A DNA stretch of 63,175 nucleotides, the filler included, from Dimorphilus gyrociliatus (taxonomy: Eukaryota > Animalia > Annelida): the NCBI GenBank assembly GCA_904063045.1. It is 4 parts of 4 records of this genome, joined end to end, with 100 filler letters (N's around TTAATTAATTAA, not from the genome) between each part and the next. Parts side by side here need not be neighbours in the genome. Positions count along the whole stretch, not along the records: positions 56,715 to 63,175 come from CAJFCJ010000094.1; 3 more parts are not named here. One strand, written 5' to 3'. This document shows, in pieces, positions 62,901 to 63,175 of the stretch (within the stretch, counting starts at the first letter, position 1; each line of letters begins with the position of its first letter). Position numbers and translations under genes: made by a program. The notes under the pieces were generated by a model, which ran no database searches, was not told the origin of the DNA, and saw only the letters and a program-made list of their open reading frames with translations.

Positions 62901-63175
62901 GTTGGTTAACAAGCAAGATGGGCAATATGACTAGATTTAAACACAAAAAGCTAAACAATAATGAATACCAAAATTTTCCTCACATTAATTTAATCTTAAG
63001 GATGTTATTAGCAATAATTTTTTCATTTCTTAATGGTTAATAAAAAAGACAAACAGACATGAAAAATTACCATTTGAGAGTTGCAAACAATATCATCTAA
63101 TGTGAAAAAAAGACAAACTAAAATTTTACACCTTTTAAAAATTAATCTTTATCATTGTTAAAAAATTTCTAAAAA

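Overview
Very AT-rich eukaryotic (metazoan) scaffold segment with tiny spliceosomal introns (about 50-75 nt) and four assembly gaps. The intron size and gene families resemble the annelid Dimorphilus gyrociliatus, but this is an inference, not confirmed. The window reads as a transposon-riddled, birth-and-death cluster of innate-immune/sensory-type genes. (1) A single-exon NLR of at least 2140 codons on the minus strand (6421 to off the left edge, absent from the ORF track): death-fold-like N-terminus, NACHT, LRR array, vestigial RING, coiled-coil/low-complexity linker, second LRR array. (2) A RING-LRR gene with the same LRR type, and a ZYG11/ZER1-like LRR gene. (3) Three GRL101-like LDLa-LRR GPCR loci. 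One is near complete (SRCR-like, C-type-lectin-like, 6 LDLa, LRR, 7TM), and two copies carry a degenerate protein-kinase C-lobe-like cytoplasmic tail. (4) A caspase with His/Cys dyad (5' end in a gap). (5) Two convergent secreted discoidin-like genes, one with a FAMeT-like domain, plus a Calx-beta/ITI-C-like secreted protein, a disrupted C-type lectin-F5/8C gene and an intact 6-exon SAM methyltransferase. Mobile DNA: five decayed PHD-FLYWCH-MULE transposons and related MITEs (one with a 9-bp TSD), two Ty3/gypsy families (one with an env-like ORF), a multicopy dead LINE RT fragment, Tc1/mariner remnants, an inverted-repeat-bounded element and a 1.55-kb composite direct duplication flanking the methyltransferase. 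All domain calls are motif recognition by eye, not database results.
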